A stretch of DNA of 64,000 nucleotides from a virus (Duplodnaviria; Caudoviricetes). The position numbers and the translations under genes are program-made. Below are positions 18,650 to 28,681 of this stretch, one piece after another. The notes under the pieces are model-generated. The model searched no databases, was not told the DNA's origin, and worked only from the letters and a program-made list of their open reading frames with translations. Where the stretch lies: positions 1-64,000 of IMG/VR virus record IMGVR_UViG_2935054407_000001. One strand, written 5' to 3'. Position 1 is the stretch's first letter, and each line of letters begins with the position of its first letter.

Positions 18650-19684
18650 ATGGACGAGAAAGCGGCGGTGGAGGAGGCGGTGAAGAGCCGCCTTTCCCTC
18701 ATCAAGTATTTCGGGGACGCCCAGATCGGCCTGCGGATGATGCTCGCGGTGATGATGGTGACCGACCTGTCCGGCATACCACTGACCAAGGCGACGCCCG
18801 GCCAGCTCAGCACCGCCGCCAAGCTGCGGGATCTGCACCGGGAGGAGCTGATCGCGGGGCCGACTTTCGTACCGCCAGTGGACGTGTGCCAGACGCTCAG
18901 CGAGATGTGGGAGAGCTACCCGTCCACCACGGCCTACCTCACCGACATCCTCACCCCCACGGGTTTCGTGCACTTCGCCGAGCCGCTGCCGGACCCGATT
19001 CCCCAGGACGGCAACTCAATGCCGGTCGCGGCGATGTCCTGGATGGTGCTGAAGGCCGACGACGAACGCGTCACCTTCTTCGGGGATGGCGACCTGGACG
19101 GCGCCTACATGCTGATGCTCATGATCTACGCGCGTACGACGGACCTGGGGATGGACCCGCAGGAGAACCCCCGCGTACTGCCGGTGGCCTCCGTGGTCTG
19201 GACGATCGGCGACGAAGGCACGATGGAGCTGTGGAAGGAGGGCCTCGATCCCAACTTCGCCCAGAAGCGCCAGAAGTCGCCGTACATGCAGGTCCTCCTG
19301 TCGTACTTCGCGATCATCCGCCAGGAGCTTCTGGAGCGCGGAGAGCCCAAGGAGCGCAGCAAGAGCAACGAGATGCGGCTGAAGAGCGCCCGCAGGAAGC
19401 ACCCGAACCTCAACGGCAAGATCCAGGTCACGCGATTCACGCAGCAGACCGGCAGCGGGAAGGTACGAGGGTCGTCGGCGGGCGGCTCCGGCCGGGAGTA
19501 CTCCGTGCGATTCCCTCGCCGGAAGCACTGGCGCTGGCAGTGGTACGAGAAGACGCAGGAGAACAAGCCGATCCTGATCATCACCAAGGGGTTGATCGGC
19601 CCGGCGGGTGCGCCGGTCGTCGGCATGGAACGGGCCTTCCTGACGCCAAAGCCCCTTGGCCCGAGGCCCGAGAGGAGGAGCTGA
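18650..19684 (+). CDS. Hypothetical phage protein
   Basis: 344 aa; C-terminal RRKHWRWQWY...GPAGAP. Confidence 0.75.
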   Translation: MDEKAAVEEAVKSRLSLIKYFGDAQIGLRMMLAVMMVTDLSGIPLTKATPGQLSTAAKLRDLHREELIAGPTFVPPVDVCQTLSEMWESYPSTTAYLTDILTPTGFVHFAEPLPDPIPQDGNSMPVAAMSWMVLKADDERVTFFGDGDLDGAYMLMLMIYARTTDLGMDPQENPRVLPVASVVWTIGDEGTMELWKEGLDPNFAQKRQKSPYMQVLLSYFAIIRQELLERGEPKERSKSNEMRLKSARRKHPNLNGKIQVTRFTQQTGSGKVRGSSAGGSGREYSVRFPRRKHWRWQWYEKTQENKPILIITKGLIGPAGAPVVGMERAFLTPKPLGPRPERRS

Positions 19685-19686
19685 TA

Positions 19687-19947
19687 GTGAATGCCATCGA
19701 CACTGACGCTCGGCGCCGGGCCGGGGAGCAGATCTACCTAGACGGCACGTCTATGCGCGAAGGCGATCTTTGTGAGGTCGAGCCCACCAGAGACGCGTAC
19801 AACCGACCCAAGCACTGGATACACGGGCAGGGGTGGATCGTGGCCCTCAACCGGAGTCAGGTTGTCCTCAAGTCAACTAACGATGGGAAGACGATGGACT
19901 TCCATCCGGCGGACCTCACACTGATTTCGCGAGCGGAGGACGAGTGA
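19687..19947 (+). CDS. Hypothetical protein
   Basis: GGAGG RBS with GTG start. Confidence 0.6.
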   Translation: MNAIDTDARRRAGEQIYLDGTSMREGDLCEVEPTRDAYNRPKHWIHGQGWIVALNRSQVVLKSTNDGKTMDFHPADLTLISRAEDE

Positions 19948-20303
19948 GTCGCTACTACATCAAGCCGGACCGGGACAAGGACTACTACGTGGTCATGTCC
20001 ACGATCGCCATGGACTGGGTGTTCGCTGGAACGGCGGCCGAGGTCGCTGACTTCGAGGCCGAGAAAGCGGCTGAGGAGGCGCGCGAGGAGGCCAAGCAGA
20101 TGCTCGTCCGAGCTGACAGTCTCGGCTCGTCCAGCATGCGTGGCCGTAGCCAGTGGGGCTCCCCCTGGGTGACTATCGGGAACGGCACCAGGTTGCGCCG
20201 CGAAGATCTGGTGAGGTACGTGGAGCTGACCGACGACGAGGCCCCTGAGGGGGCGAAGGAAGAGGCCGCCGCCCTCCTGGATTCGTATAGGGAAGACGAC
20301 TAG
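19944..20303 (+). CDS. Hypothetical protein
   Basis: GTGA-coupled ORF. Confidence 0.65.
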   Translation: MSRYYIKPDRDKDYYVVMSTIAMDWVFAGTAAEVADFEAEKAAEEAREEAKQMLVRADSLGSSSMRGRSQWGSPWVTIGNGTRLRREDLVRYVELTDDEAPEGAKEEAAALLDSYREDD

Positions 20304-20315
20304 CGACGGCAACGA

Positions 20316-20350
20316 GAAAGGCCCCGGAATCTCGGACTCCGGGGCCTTTC
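20316..20350. terminator. Bidirectional terminator
   Basis: gaaaggccccgga...tccggggcctttc between convergent operons. Confidence 0.75.
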
Positions 20351-20366
20351 GCTGTCTACGCCTCGG

Positions 20367-20870
20367 TCAGCCGTTCTCCTGCTCGTCCAGCCACGCCAGC
20401 ACGCGGCCCATGTCGATGAAGCCCAGGCCCAGATGCGACGGCGGATTGATCAGCAGCGTCGGGATCCCTTCCTCCGTCCGGTCCAACGCCCAGCCCCAGT
20501 CCTTGCCGCCGAAGACGTCGTCGATCCATACCGTCGGCCGGTCACCGATGTACTTCTCCACCGGCCCGATCTTCGCCGTTCGGCCGAAAGTCACGCCGCC
20601 GTACTTGCCGACGTCGATGCACGGCAGATCCTCCGGCAGCCCCAGCTCCTTGGCCAGCCAGCGCAACGCCCACATCTCCGTGCTCCAGCTCGTCGCCCAC
20701 ACCAGCTCGACGCGGGGCAGGACCTCGGCCAGCCAGCGGACGTGATCATCGTTGACCCAGACGTAGCCGTCCTGCTCCGATCCGGGGTAGGCGACCCTCC
20801 TGTAGCCGCGAGGCTCCTCAGCCGTCGGGTTGATGACACCGTCCACGTCCATCACCAGGTACGGCTTCAT
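20367..20870 (-). CDS. HAD-superfamily protein (Swiss-Army-Knife RNA-repair HAD type)
   Basis: MDVDGVINP, LVWATSW, VWIDD. Confidence 0.85.
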   Translation of the reverse strand: MKPYLVMDVDGVINPTAEEPRGYRRVAYPGSEQDGYVWVNDDHVRWLAEVLPRVELVWATSWSTEMWALRWLAKELGLPEDLPCIDVGKYGGVTFGRTAKIGPVEKYIGDRPTVWIDDVFGGKDWGWALDRTEEGIPTLLINPPSHLGLGFIDMGRVLAWLDEQENG

Positions 20871-23448
20871 GACTCGTCCTTGGTCGCGAGCGGGTCGTCC
20901 TTCAGAGCTTCCGCAGCCAGTTGGTCTATCAGGGTGTTGACCTCATTCTCCAGGCCGTCCATGATCCTCTGGTACTCGCGCATCGCCGCTGCCACCTCAT
21001 CCGGCTTCGCGCTCTGCGCCTTACCGACGTGCTCGTGGACCCGCCTGTAACTCTCCCGCAGGACGTTATGCGCCTCCATGACCGCGCGCAGCCGGGCCAT
21101 CTTTTCCTTCACTACGACTCCCCCGGCTCACAGTTGTACTTCCCGTTGGGGCACACCTCGTCGCGGGCCTGCTGGACGAGATCCAGGAAGGTAGAGAACT
21201 CCACGGTGCCGAGCGACGATCGGACGACCACCCAATCACGGCCGACAGCCTCGACGCGAGCGCAGTAGAAGTGGTCGCGGCCGAAGGCGCCATAGGCGAA
21301 TCCGTGGATGACGTCGCCAACCGCGAGGGGGCGGTTGCTCTCGCTCACTCCGCCTCCCATTCCATCAGCTCGTTCATCGTGAAGCGCTCGGCGCTGATCA
21401 GGAAGCGATTGCTCCAGGCCGCTGTCCCGTCAGTGCAGACCCACAGCTCGTCCTTCGGGATCTCGTCACCCGAGTAGATGGTCGCGAAATCTGACACCGT
21501 CCGGACGGCGAGGTTGCACCCTTCGGCCTTGGCCAGCGCGCCCTTCACCGCCTGGCGCATGCTCTCCGCGTTGTCGCACACGCCGAGCTGCGTAGGAGCC
21601 GACACACCACGGCGGCGGTCCATGGTGAGGATCCACACCCACCCATCCCCCGGCTTTTCCGGGAGATCGTCGCCCTCCACCGTCACCGACGGCAGCTCCA
21701 CCGCCTCAGTCACGACCGTCGGCGACACGACCAGCAGCGCGGCGGCCACATCGTGCAGTGCCTCCAGCTCGACCTTTCGGTACTTGCGCATGTCCTTGTC
21801 GTTGTACGTGCGACCGTCGTTACCGAAGTACCAGAGCCGCTGATATTGCCGGTCAAGTTCCTCCGAGATCGTCTGTATGTAGGCCAATGCCACGGCGTTG
21901 CCCGCGACGGCCTCGCGCAGGTGCCGGAAGATGTCCTTGTTCGACGAAAGCTCACTCACGACCCCTCCCAGGTGAAGTCGTTCTCCCACGGGAAGATGAC
22001 GTCGGCAGCCAGCCGCGCGACCTTCCATCGCTCGACCCAGACCTTGCGGCGCTGGCCGTCCTGCTTTCCGTTCGGGTGGCCGAGGCGCATCGTCCGCTCG
22101 ACGCAGACCTTGTCCTCCCCCAGCTCCGACACCACACCGAAGTTGATCGTCGGCTTGCCGTACTCCTGGCCCGCGAAGGCGACCTTGTACCCGGGCCGCA
22201 GCGCTTGGCCAATCGCGTCCTGGATCACGCCGCCTCCTCGGTGTCGCTCGTCGGCAGCAGCTCTCCAGTGATCTTCGTGCCAACGAGGTTGTCACGGTCT
22301 TCCAGACCGGCATAGATCCAACCGCTGGCGACGTCTACCAGCTCGTCAGGGTCGAAGTAATCGCCCTCGAATCGCAGATTGACGATCATGCGGACGTTGT
22401 TGACGGGCTCAGTCACTCCCCCGCCTCCTGCGTCTGCCGGTTCTCGAACCACATCTCCAGCTCCTCGCGCGATAGCGTCAGAACGTGGTGTAGGTCAGCG
22501 ACCGAGATTTTGAGGTAACCGCCCTTCGTCCTTCGTATGGTCTGCCAGACGATCGAGCAGTTCCGGATCTTCCACTCCTCGGTGCCATCGGAATCGACCC
22601 AGAAAGTCAGCCACCACAGGACGTTCTTGGCCGAGATGTAGTACCTAGGTCCGGGATATTCGCTGATCAGGACCAAACCATCGATCGTCCAACCGTGCTG
22701 AAGGATCTCCTTCAGTGTGGACGACACCAGCGCAGGCAGCTCCGACTTGTCTGTCAGCTCAGTCACGCCGACTCCTCCGCCTCGAACGTGTCGAGCAGCG
22801 CCACCAGCGCTTCGAGCTGATCTAGGTCGAGCTTGTGCCCGTCCCGCACTGCGATCTTGTGGTGTTGCAGCCGGTTCATGGCGTTGTTGTATCGAACGTC
22901 CTGCTCGGCCTGGGCAACCGTCTTGACGTACGTCCGGCTGTTCTTCTCGTTCAGGTAGCCGTCTTCCAGGCGGAAGGTCCTCGTGAACGTCCCGTTACCG
23001 TTGAACTCGGCGTCGAACAGGGTCCGGCGTACGCTCTTCACGATTCCCGGCTGGCCGCCAGGCTGCCGACTCCCGCTGTAGTAGCTCTCGAAGAGACGGA
23101 CCTCGTCGCCCTCCTTGACCTCGATCACGCCGCAGCCTCCCGCCGTGCGTGCTGACGCTCGGTGCAGCCGTGCTCGGGAAGGGACTCCAGGCTCCTCGGC
23201 CGGACGCGCTTCCCGCAGTCATCGCACAGGACGCCGCCGGACTCGTGGTAGTCGGCGTCACCGTCATAGGTGATGACGTCGAAGACCTGGTCACGCGGGA
23301 TGTACCAGAACGCGTAGCGCGATTCCCCCGACGAGATCGGAAGCACTGATCCCAGGGTGATGCCGTCGGCGTCGTAGGCGTTGATTCGATATTCCTTGCC
23401 CTCCGCGACGACCGGCAGGCCGACACAGAGGTCCTCGTAAATGAGCAT
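20867..23448 (-). other. Run of small coupled hypothetical phage genes (20867-21112, 21112-21360, 21345-21959, 21956-22228, 22225-22416, 22413-22766, 22763-23128, 23125-23448)
   Basis: Successive short start/stop overlaps with GGAGG-type RBS. Confidence 0.7.
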
Positions 23449-23530
23449 GTCGCTCCTGTGTGAAAGACGGGATGCGTACACTCTGCCGTGCCGGTGTGAA
23501 AGACGCAAGCGCACGCATCCCGCCCAGCAG

Positions 23531-23998
23531 CTACGCCTCCAGCTCGACGTCCACGCCCAGCTCCAGCAGCTCGGCCTTGAGGTCCTTCAGGGAATCGGCC
23601 AGGCCCTCCATCTCATCCCTCGCCTCCGCGATGGTCTCGCGGTCCTCCTCATTCTCGATCCACGTACCGGCGTGCTCCGAGAAGGACTCCGCCACCTCGG
23701 TGAACTCGCCCAGCTTCTCTTCGATCGAGCCCAGGTCGGCCGTCAGGTTGGCCAAGGCCGTCAGGTGCCCGGCGATCTGCGGGAAGATGCCGCCCAGCTC
23801 CTCCAGTGCCTCGGCCTGCTCAACGAGGCTGGCCAGCTCCGCCTGGGAGAGCGACTGGAGCTGACCCTGACGCGTCTCCGCGTGGCCGGACCAGGTCTCG
23901 ATGTCGGCCTTCAGTTCCTCTGCTTCCGAGCGGCTGTACTTCTTCCCGAGCGCGACCTTCTCCAGAATCGTGAGCGGGGCCTTCTTGGTCGTAGGCAT
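23531..23998 (-). CDS. Acidic helical hypothetical protein
   Basis: MPTTKKAP... with GGAG RBS. Confidence 0.65.
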   Translation of the reverse strand: MPTTKKAPLTILEKVALGKKYSRSEAEELKADIETWSGHAETRQGQLQSLSQAELASLVEQAEALEELGGIFPQIAGHLTALANLTADLGSIEEKLGEFTEVAESFSEHAGTWIENEEDRETIAEARDEMEGLADSLKDLKAELLELGVDVELEA

Positions 23999-24247
23999 GC
24001 GAAATAGCTCCTGTCGCCAGGTGGTCTTTTGGGATGCCTCCATTCTCCCAGCCCTGGCCGACCGCAGCAACCGACCTCCGACGAGTGTCTACGCAGGTCA
24101 GGACCCCTTTTTCGAGCCTTCAGACGTGCTTGTGGGCCTTATTTAAGGGTTATCCCAGCGTAGAAGGGGCCGCTACGCCGTCGAAAGGCGGTCGCGAGCC
24201 TCTTAATTAAGCCCGCAGTGCACCAAAGCCCTTTTGTAACAGTCGGG

Positions 24248-24697
24248 TCACGGATTCTGAGCCCGTTCCCGGCGCGACTCCTCAGCCCGATAGGCGCGAG
24301 CAATAGGGCAATGACAGCGCTTTCGCGGCTCCTGGCGCTTCCAGCCGGTGCCCTCACAGGTGCAGGCCGCCGAAGTCGCCTCGTCCAGCTCGCGCCCCCA
24401 CTCCGGATCGATGCGCGCCAGGGCGTAGATCGCCTGGAAGCTCGTACGCAACCGCTCGGCCGCTTCGCGGGGACTGACGCCGTCTCTGATGGCCTCCAGG
24501 AGAGCCCGGCGTAGCCAAGCCGGATGGGCGGCGGCCAGTAGTTCCCGGCGGCGGGCGTTCTCCTCATCGACATGGGCGCATCGGGCCGCATCATCGCGAT
24601 TGCCGTAGCGGTATCTGGTGGCGTCCTTCAGCACAGGTCCTCCAACACGCGAGCAGGGGAAGGTGCCCGATGGGGTCTCGGGTACAAACCCCCGCAT
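24248..24697 (-). CDS. Hypothetical protein with HTH-like region and Cys cluster
   Basis: LLEAIRDGVSPREAAERL...; CTC...CHC; start uncertain. Confidence 0.55.
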   Translation of the reverse strand: MRGFVPETPSGTFPCSRVGGPVLKDATRYRYGNRDDAARCAHVDEENARRRELLAAAHPAWLRRALLEAIRDGVSPREAAERLRTSFQAIYALARIDPEWGRELDEATSAACTCEGTGWKRQEPRKRCHCPIARAYRAEESRRERAQNP

Positions 24698-24789
24698 GCG
24701 TGGGGAGCATGCCGCTCAGAAAGCGGCTGTCCTCGCCCTCAGAGGACTATCCCCCGCGAGTGCGGGGCCAATAGCCGCACGATACACGA

Positions 24790-25002
24790 TCACCAGAACC
24801 GGAGACTGAAGCGCGAACCGCCATCTCCGGTGTCCTCTGGCGCGATCACGTCCTGCTGGTCCGGCTCCCCGAACCGCTCGACCATCGACGTATAGGCGCT
24901 CGCCAGTTCCGGAGCGTCTGGCGGGAAGACTCCCCAGCTTTGCACCGTCGCCGTACCGTCCTCGGCGTATCGAACGAACATGATGCGGGTTCCTGGTTGC
25001 AT
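24790..25002 (-). CDS. Hypothetical protein
   Basis: First gene left of the non-coding block. Confidence 0.5.
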   Translation of the reverse strand: MQPGTRIMFVRYAEDGTATVQSWGVFPPDAPELASAYTSMVERFGEPDQQDVIAPEDTGDGGSRFSLRFW

Positions 25003-25023
25003 GCGACGTATCCTATCCCACCG

Positions 25024-25078
25024 AATTAGATCTAATTAATTCAATTAGCCCAATTAATTCAATTAATTAGATTAATTG
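25024..25078. repeat. AT-rich AATT tandem tract
   Basis: aattagatctaattaattcaattagcccaattaattcaattaattagattaattg in a GC-rich genome. Confidence 0.85.
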
Positions 25079-26037
25079 CCCGAATTCCCGTGATTCCGTG
25101 GCTTCCGCAGCTCCGTGACCTTCCGTGAGCTAGCAGTTACGCCGCATCACCGGCCACTGTTCTCACTCTCCGTACTCCCGGCGCGGCTCTGGTCGGGCCG
25201 TCAAGGTACCCCTGCAAGATCATTTAAGGGTGGGGGGGTACCTGTCAAGGCCAAACGCTTGTTACAACGCGTTCTAGACCACCTACGTAGAGCCATTGGG
25301 ACTTGCGAGAATAGCCCTACTCGCACACCGTGCCTGATCAGGTCAAACTACTGAGAGTATTTCGGAAATCCTGTCAAGAGCCCTTCGACCTGCAATGACG
25401 CAGCGTGCATCGACACACAGCGTTAGGAACATTGGTACAGGGAAACGCGCGTGATCCGAACCGGCTACTGTCAGAAACGCCTGACTGAGACCTGTTGCCG
25501 TTGCCTCACTGAGCGGAAATGGGACGCAATCCCCACTACTCAAGTAGGTTAACTGAGCGTTATGTAATGACATTCGCTCAAAGTGCTTGCAGCGCGCTTG
25601 CAATAGCAAGCAGTGCGATCCACGCGAGCCGCGCGACGCGCGCACGGGCGAGACCTCGGCCAATCTCCCTATGCCTCTGTATGCGTCTGTAGTGTCTCTA
25701 TGGCTGGAGTAGGTGTCCTTTAAGGTACTTGGACCTGAGCCCGATTTTCTCGTCTCTATGGTGTGTTGTAGAGGCGTACAGAGGCATTCCCTTAGGGCTT
25801 CCCCGATCCCCCCGAATTCGCGGGCAGGGTGCGGGCGAACGGCAGTGCTGGCACGCGCGAGAGCCGATCCCGCACGCGCCGGAATTCTCCCACGGAATGC
25901 TCGAATGTCCGAATCATCGGTGTGACCTGCGTCACACTTTGAAGATCTTTTGACCCTTGAACAAGATCAAACCAAGCATGTGATTGGTTGGTACACGAGG
26001 GTAAAAGTGCAGGTCACAAGCGAATTTTAGAAATGTG

Positions 26038-26066
26038 TTGACATCTATACTCGAAACGAGGATAGT
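26038..26066 (+). promoter_or_regulatory. Housekeeping-sigma promoter of the rightward operon
   Basis: TTGACA-N17-GATAGT with AT-rich upstream region. Confidence 0.8.
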
Positions 26067-26071
26067 TCTCG

Positions 26072-26910
26072 TTGTGAGGCCAGCGGGACCGGCCACACGG
26101 AGCCTCCCGGCTCCGGACTCGCGAAAGCGGGAACGGGGAAGGTGCGGGCATGAAGCTTGATAACCGCATAGGACGTACGGGATACGGATGGACTCTGTAC
26201 CCAACGACCCCGGCAATATCTGAGATGCTCGCGTTTCAGTCCCCTATGTGTGGACGCGCTAGAGCGGCCGGTGAAAATTCGTTGGACGCCAGAGGTCTAT
26301 TAGGTCACGCACGCCCTGTGTCGGGAATCTTGCGGTTGCTTGAGAATTTAATTTAAGCCTGTTTCTTCGGGCGGGACGCTGCGCTTTATGGCGCGCGGTC
26401 CAGCGCTCGCTGTGCTAGCTGGCAGACCCTTTGGAAAGGTCAAGACCAGTCGGGAAGCGAGAAAGCTGGGACGTGCTACCTAAAATGCGGCCAACGTGTA
26501 AGAACGGGTAGAGCAATACGGACACAGCCTATGTCATGAGCTGTACCTACGCGTTAGTGTGCGCACGGGCAACCGTGTGCCGAGATTTCGCGATGACCGT
26601 ACGGATAACGCGCTTAGATGCGTCTTTCAGCCCAAATTCTGTGGGCAGACGCTAGCGACAGATCACGACGCGAGCGATTACGCGGGCAGGCCAAAGCACA
26701 AGGTCACAGCGTCATAGGTGGGAGTGTCTAGGTACAGAGAACGCAAGCGAATGCGTTCGGGCGAATGCATCGGTAACCCGATGATGTGCACGAACGAAAA
26801 GCCGTAGCGGGTAGCTGTACCAAGCACGCCGGGAAATGGCCTAGCGAACCATTTCCCTGTGTGTTCTCAACACGGGCAACCGCGCGTGTTGGGAACATGC
26901 ACCAAGGCAA
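26072..26910 (+). ncRNA. Long structured leader / candidate ncRNA with boxA-like motifs
   Basis: No credible ORF; many hairpins; TAACCGCA (26161) pairs with TGCGGTTG (26331); TTGCTTGAGAA at 26336. Confidence 0.5.
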
Positions 26911-26930
26911 ATCACAGAAAGGCGGAATAC

Positions 26931-27104
26931 ATGATCACTCTTGAATACAACCCGTATGCGAAGCAATTCGACGTCAAGCGTGATGGCGAATACGTAGGCG
27001 TGGTTCAGGAGAACTATGGCACATACCGTGCCCAAAAAATCGGCGCAGACTGCGCATACACGAAACAGAGCATGTGTGACGCGCTCGACGCAATCAGCGA
27101 ATAA
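26931..27104 (+). CDS. First small early gene
   Basis: CACAGAAAGGCGG RBS then ATG. Confidence 0.7.
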   Translation: MITLEYNPYAKQFDVKRDGEYVGVVQENYGTYRAQKIGADCAYTKQSMCDALDAISE

Positions 27105-27112
27105 GTAGTAAC

Positions 27113-27179
27113 GGCGAAACGCGCGTCTTTCAGACAGGCACGCGTCGTACGTGATTGGTCATCACGTGCCTGATGAGCC
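27113..27179 (+). ncRNA. Type II hammerhead ribozyme HH1 (predicted cleavage after 27146)
   Basis: ggc-GAAAC-stemIII-GUC-gtacgtgat/atcacgtgc-CUGAUGA-gcc. Confidence 0.92.
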
Positions 27180-27220
27180 AAACCGGACTCACAGAGACGA
27201 CACAGAATGAGGGCGACCAA

Positions 27221-27454
27221 ATGGCTAACGGGCATCTGTCCAACGTGCGGGCCGACGACTACATGGGGGTCATCCTCGGAGCCGCATTTTCCGTCGGCTG
27301 GCACGCGGAACAGCAGGAGGACGCGAGCTATGTCCTGACGCGCGGAGACGTGACGGTCACGCTGCCGTACGTCCAGAGCATGCGCGACGCGTTCGACGTG
27401 CTGGCCTTCATCGAGACCTCCGGACTGATGGAGCGCATCACGGGCAGGCGTTGA
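27221..27454 (+). CDS. Hypothetical early protein
   Basis: ATG downstream of HH1. Confidence 0.7.
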   Translation: MANGHLSNVRADDYMGVILGAAFSVGWHAEQQEDASYVLTRGDVTVTLPYVQSMRDAFDVLAFIETSGLMERITGRR

Positions 27455-27561
27455 CCTTCTCCCGCGTTTCCCTGTGTGCTAGCGTCTTTCACACCGGCAG
27501 GCGCTAGCACACCCTTCACACGCTCTGACCTGGCTTCACTGTGCCTGAGAGGCAACCAATC

Positions 27562-27870
27562 ATGATCGTTACGGCTCTGTGGTTTGGCGGCAACGGCTCT
27601 TACAGCCTCCCGGACGCTGACAGCGTCGAACAGTTCACCAGCATCACGCACGCTATCAACACGTTCCGGGAGCGTGCCGAGACGTCGGGCGCGTTCGGCC
27701 TGCCGACGTACTTCGTGAACCGGGAGAACTCCCGTGTGTGCTTCCCGGCCGTGGGCGAGGACTGCACCATGGACGTCTACATCGGGCGTGCTGGCGAGAC
27801 TGCCAACTATCCGGATTTCCGCCTGGCGCTCGGACCGCGCGGCGGCGTCAAGCGAGAGAGCTACGTCTAG
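27562..27870 (+). CDS. Hypothetical early protein
   Basis: WFGGNGSYS...YPDFRLALGPRGGVKRE. Confidence 0.75.
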   Translation: MIVTALWFGGNGSYSLPDADSVEQFTSITHAINTFRERAETSGAFGLPTYFVNRENSRVCFPAVGEDCTMDVYIGRAGETANYPDFRLALGPRGGVKRESYV

Positions 27871-27874
27871 ACAA

Positions 27875-27945
27875 GCCGAAACATGCGTCCTTCACACCGG
27901 GAGACGCGTGTCGTACGGGACTGATCGCCCGTGCCTGAGGATGGC
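27875..27945 (+). ncRNA. Type II hammerhead ribozyme HH2 (predicted cleavage after 27912)
   Basis: gcc-GAAAC-atgcgtc/gacgcgt-GUC-gtacggg/cccgtgc-CUGAGGA-tggc. Confidence 0.9.
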
Positions 27946-27982
27946 AGATCCCCATCACCACACACAGAAAGACGGTACAACC

Positions 27983-28567
27983 ATGCTTCCCGAGGTTGAG
28001 AAGTACTTCGCCGCTCGCGACGCCCGCAACAGCTCCGACTACTGGGACAGGCGCTCGCAGGCGGAGCAGGACAACCCGGTTCCGGCCTGGTCCCCCCTCC
28101 TTCCGAAGGAGGAGAGAGCGGCTTACTACGTGGCGGCAGAGAAGCGTGAGGCTGCCCTCCGGCAGGTGGACAATGACTGGAAAGAGGCGGAAGCGGCTGC
28201 GTTCGATGCTCTCCGCGAATCGGAGAACGCAATGGTCCGCTGGATCGCGACCACGCCGCCGGTCCTCAACGGTTACGAGCACCACGCGCACACGGTTCTC
28301 CGCGCTCTCCCGATGACGCGTGAGGAGATCGAGACGTTCGGCGATGAGCAGGGTTGGTGCGGTGAGTACGGACGTTTCCTGAGGCTGGCCGAAAAGGCAG
28401 GTGTCCTGCCCGAGCAGGCGCCCGACCTGGCCGACATCGAGCCCCTGGTGGACGCGCTTCGGGACTGGTACGGCGGCGGTGCCGACAACACGTTCCGCAA
28501 GATAATCCGGAAGCAGCTCCCGGCGCTGATCGAGAGTGCCCGCGAGAGGGCTGCTGTCCAGCAGTAA
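27983..28567 (+). CDS. Hypothetical early protein flanked by HH2 and HH3
   Basis: CACAGAAAGACGG RBS; 194 aa. Confidence 0.75.
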   Translation: MLPEVEKYFAARDARNSSDYWDRRSQAEQDNPVPAWSPLLPKEERAAYYVAAEKREAALRQVDNDWKEAEAAAFDALRESENAMVRWIATTPPVLNGYEHHAHTVLRALPMTREEIETFGDEQGWCGEYGRFLRLAEKAGVLPEQAPDLADIEPLVDALRDWYGGGADNTFRKIIRKQLPALIESARERAAVQQ

Positions 28568-28568
28568 A

Positions 28569-28640
28569 GGCGAAACGCACGTCTTTCACACCGGGAGACG
28601 TGTGTCGTACGTGGGTGGTGCCCGCGTGCCTGATGATGCC
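28569..28640 (+). ncRNA. Type II hammerhead ribozyme HH3 (predicted cleavage after 28606)
   Basis: ggc-GAAAC-gcacgtct/agacgtgt-GUC-gtacgtggg/cccgcgtgc-CUGAUGA-tgcc. Confidence 0.9.
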
Positions 28641-28681
28641 AAACCGGACTCACAGCCATCACACAGAAAGACGGTAAACAC

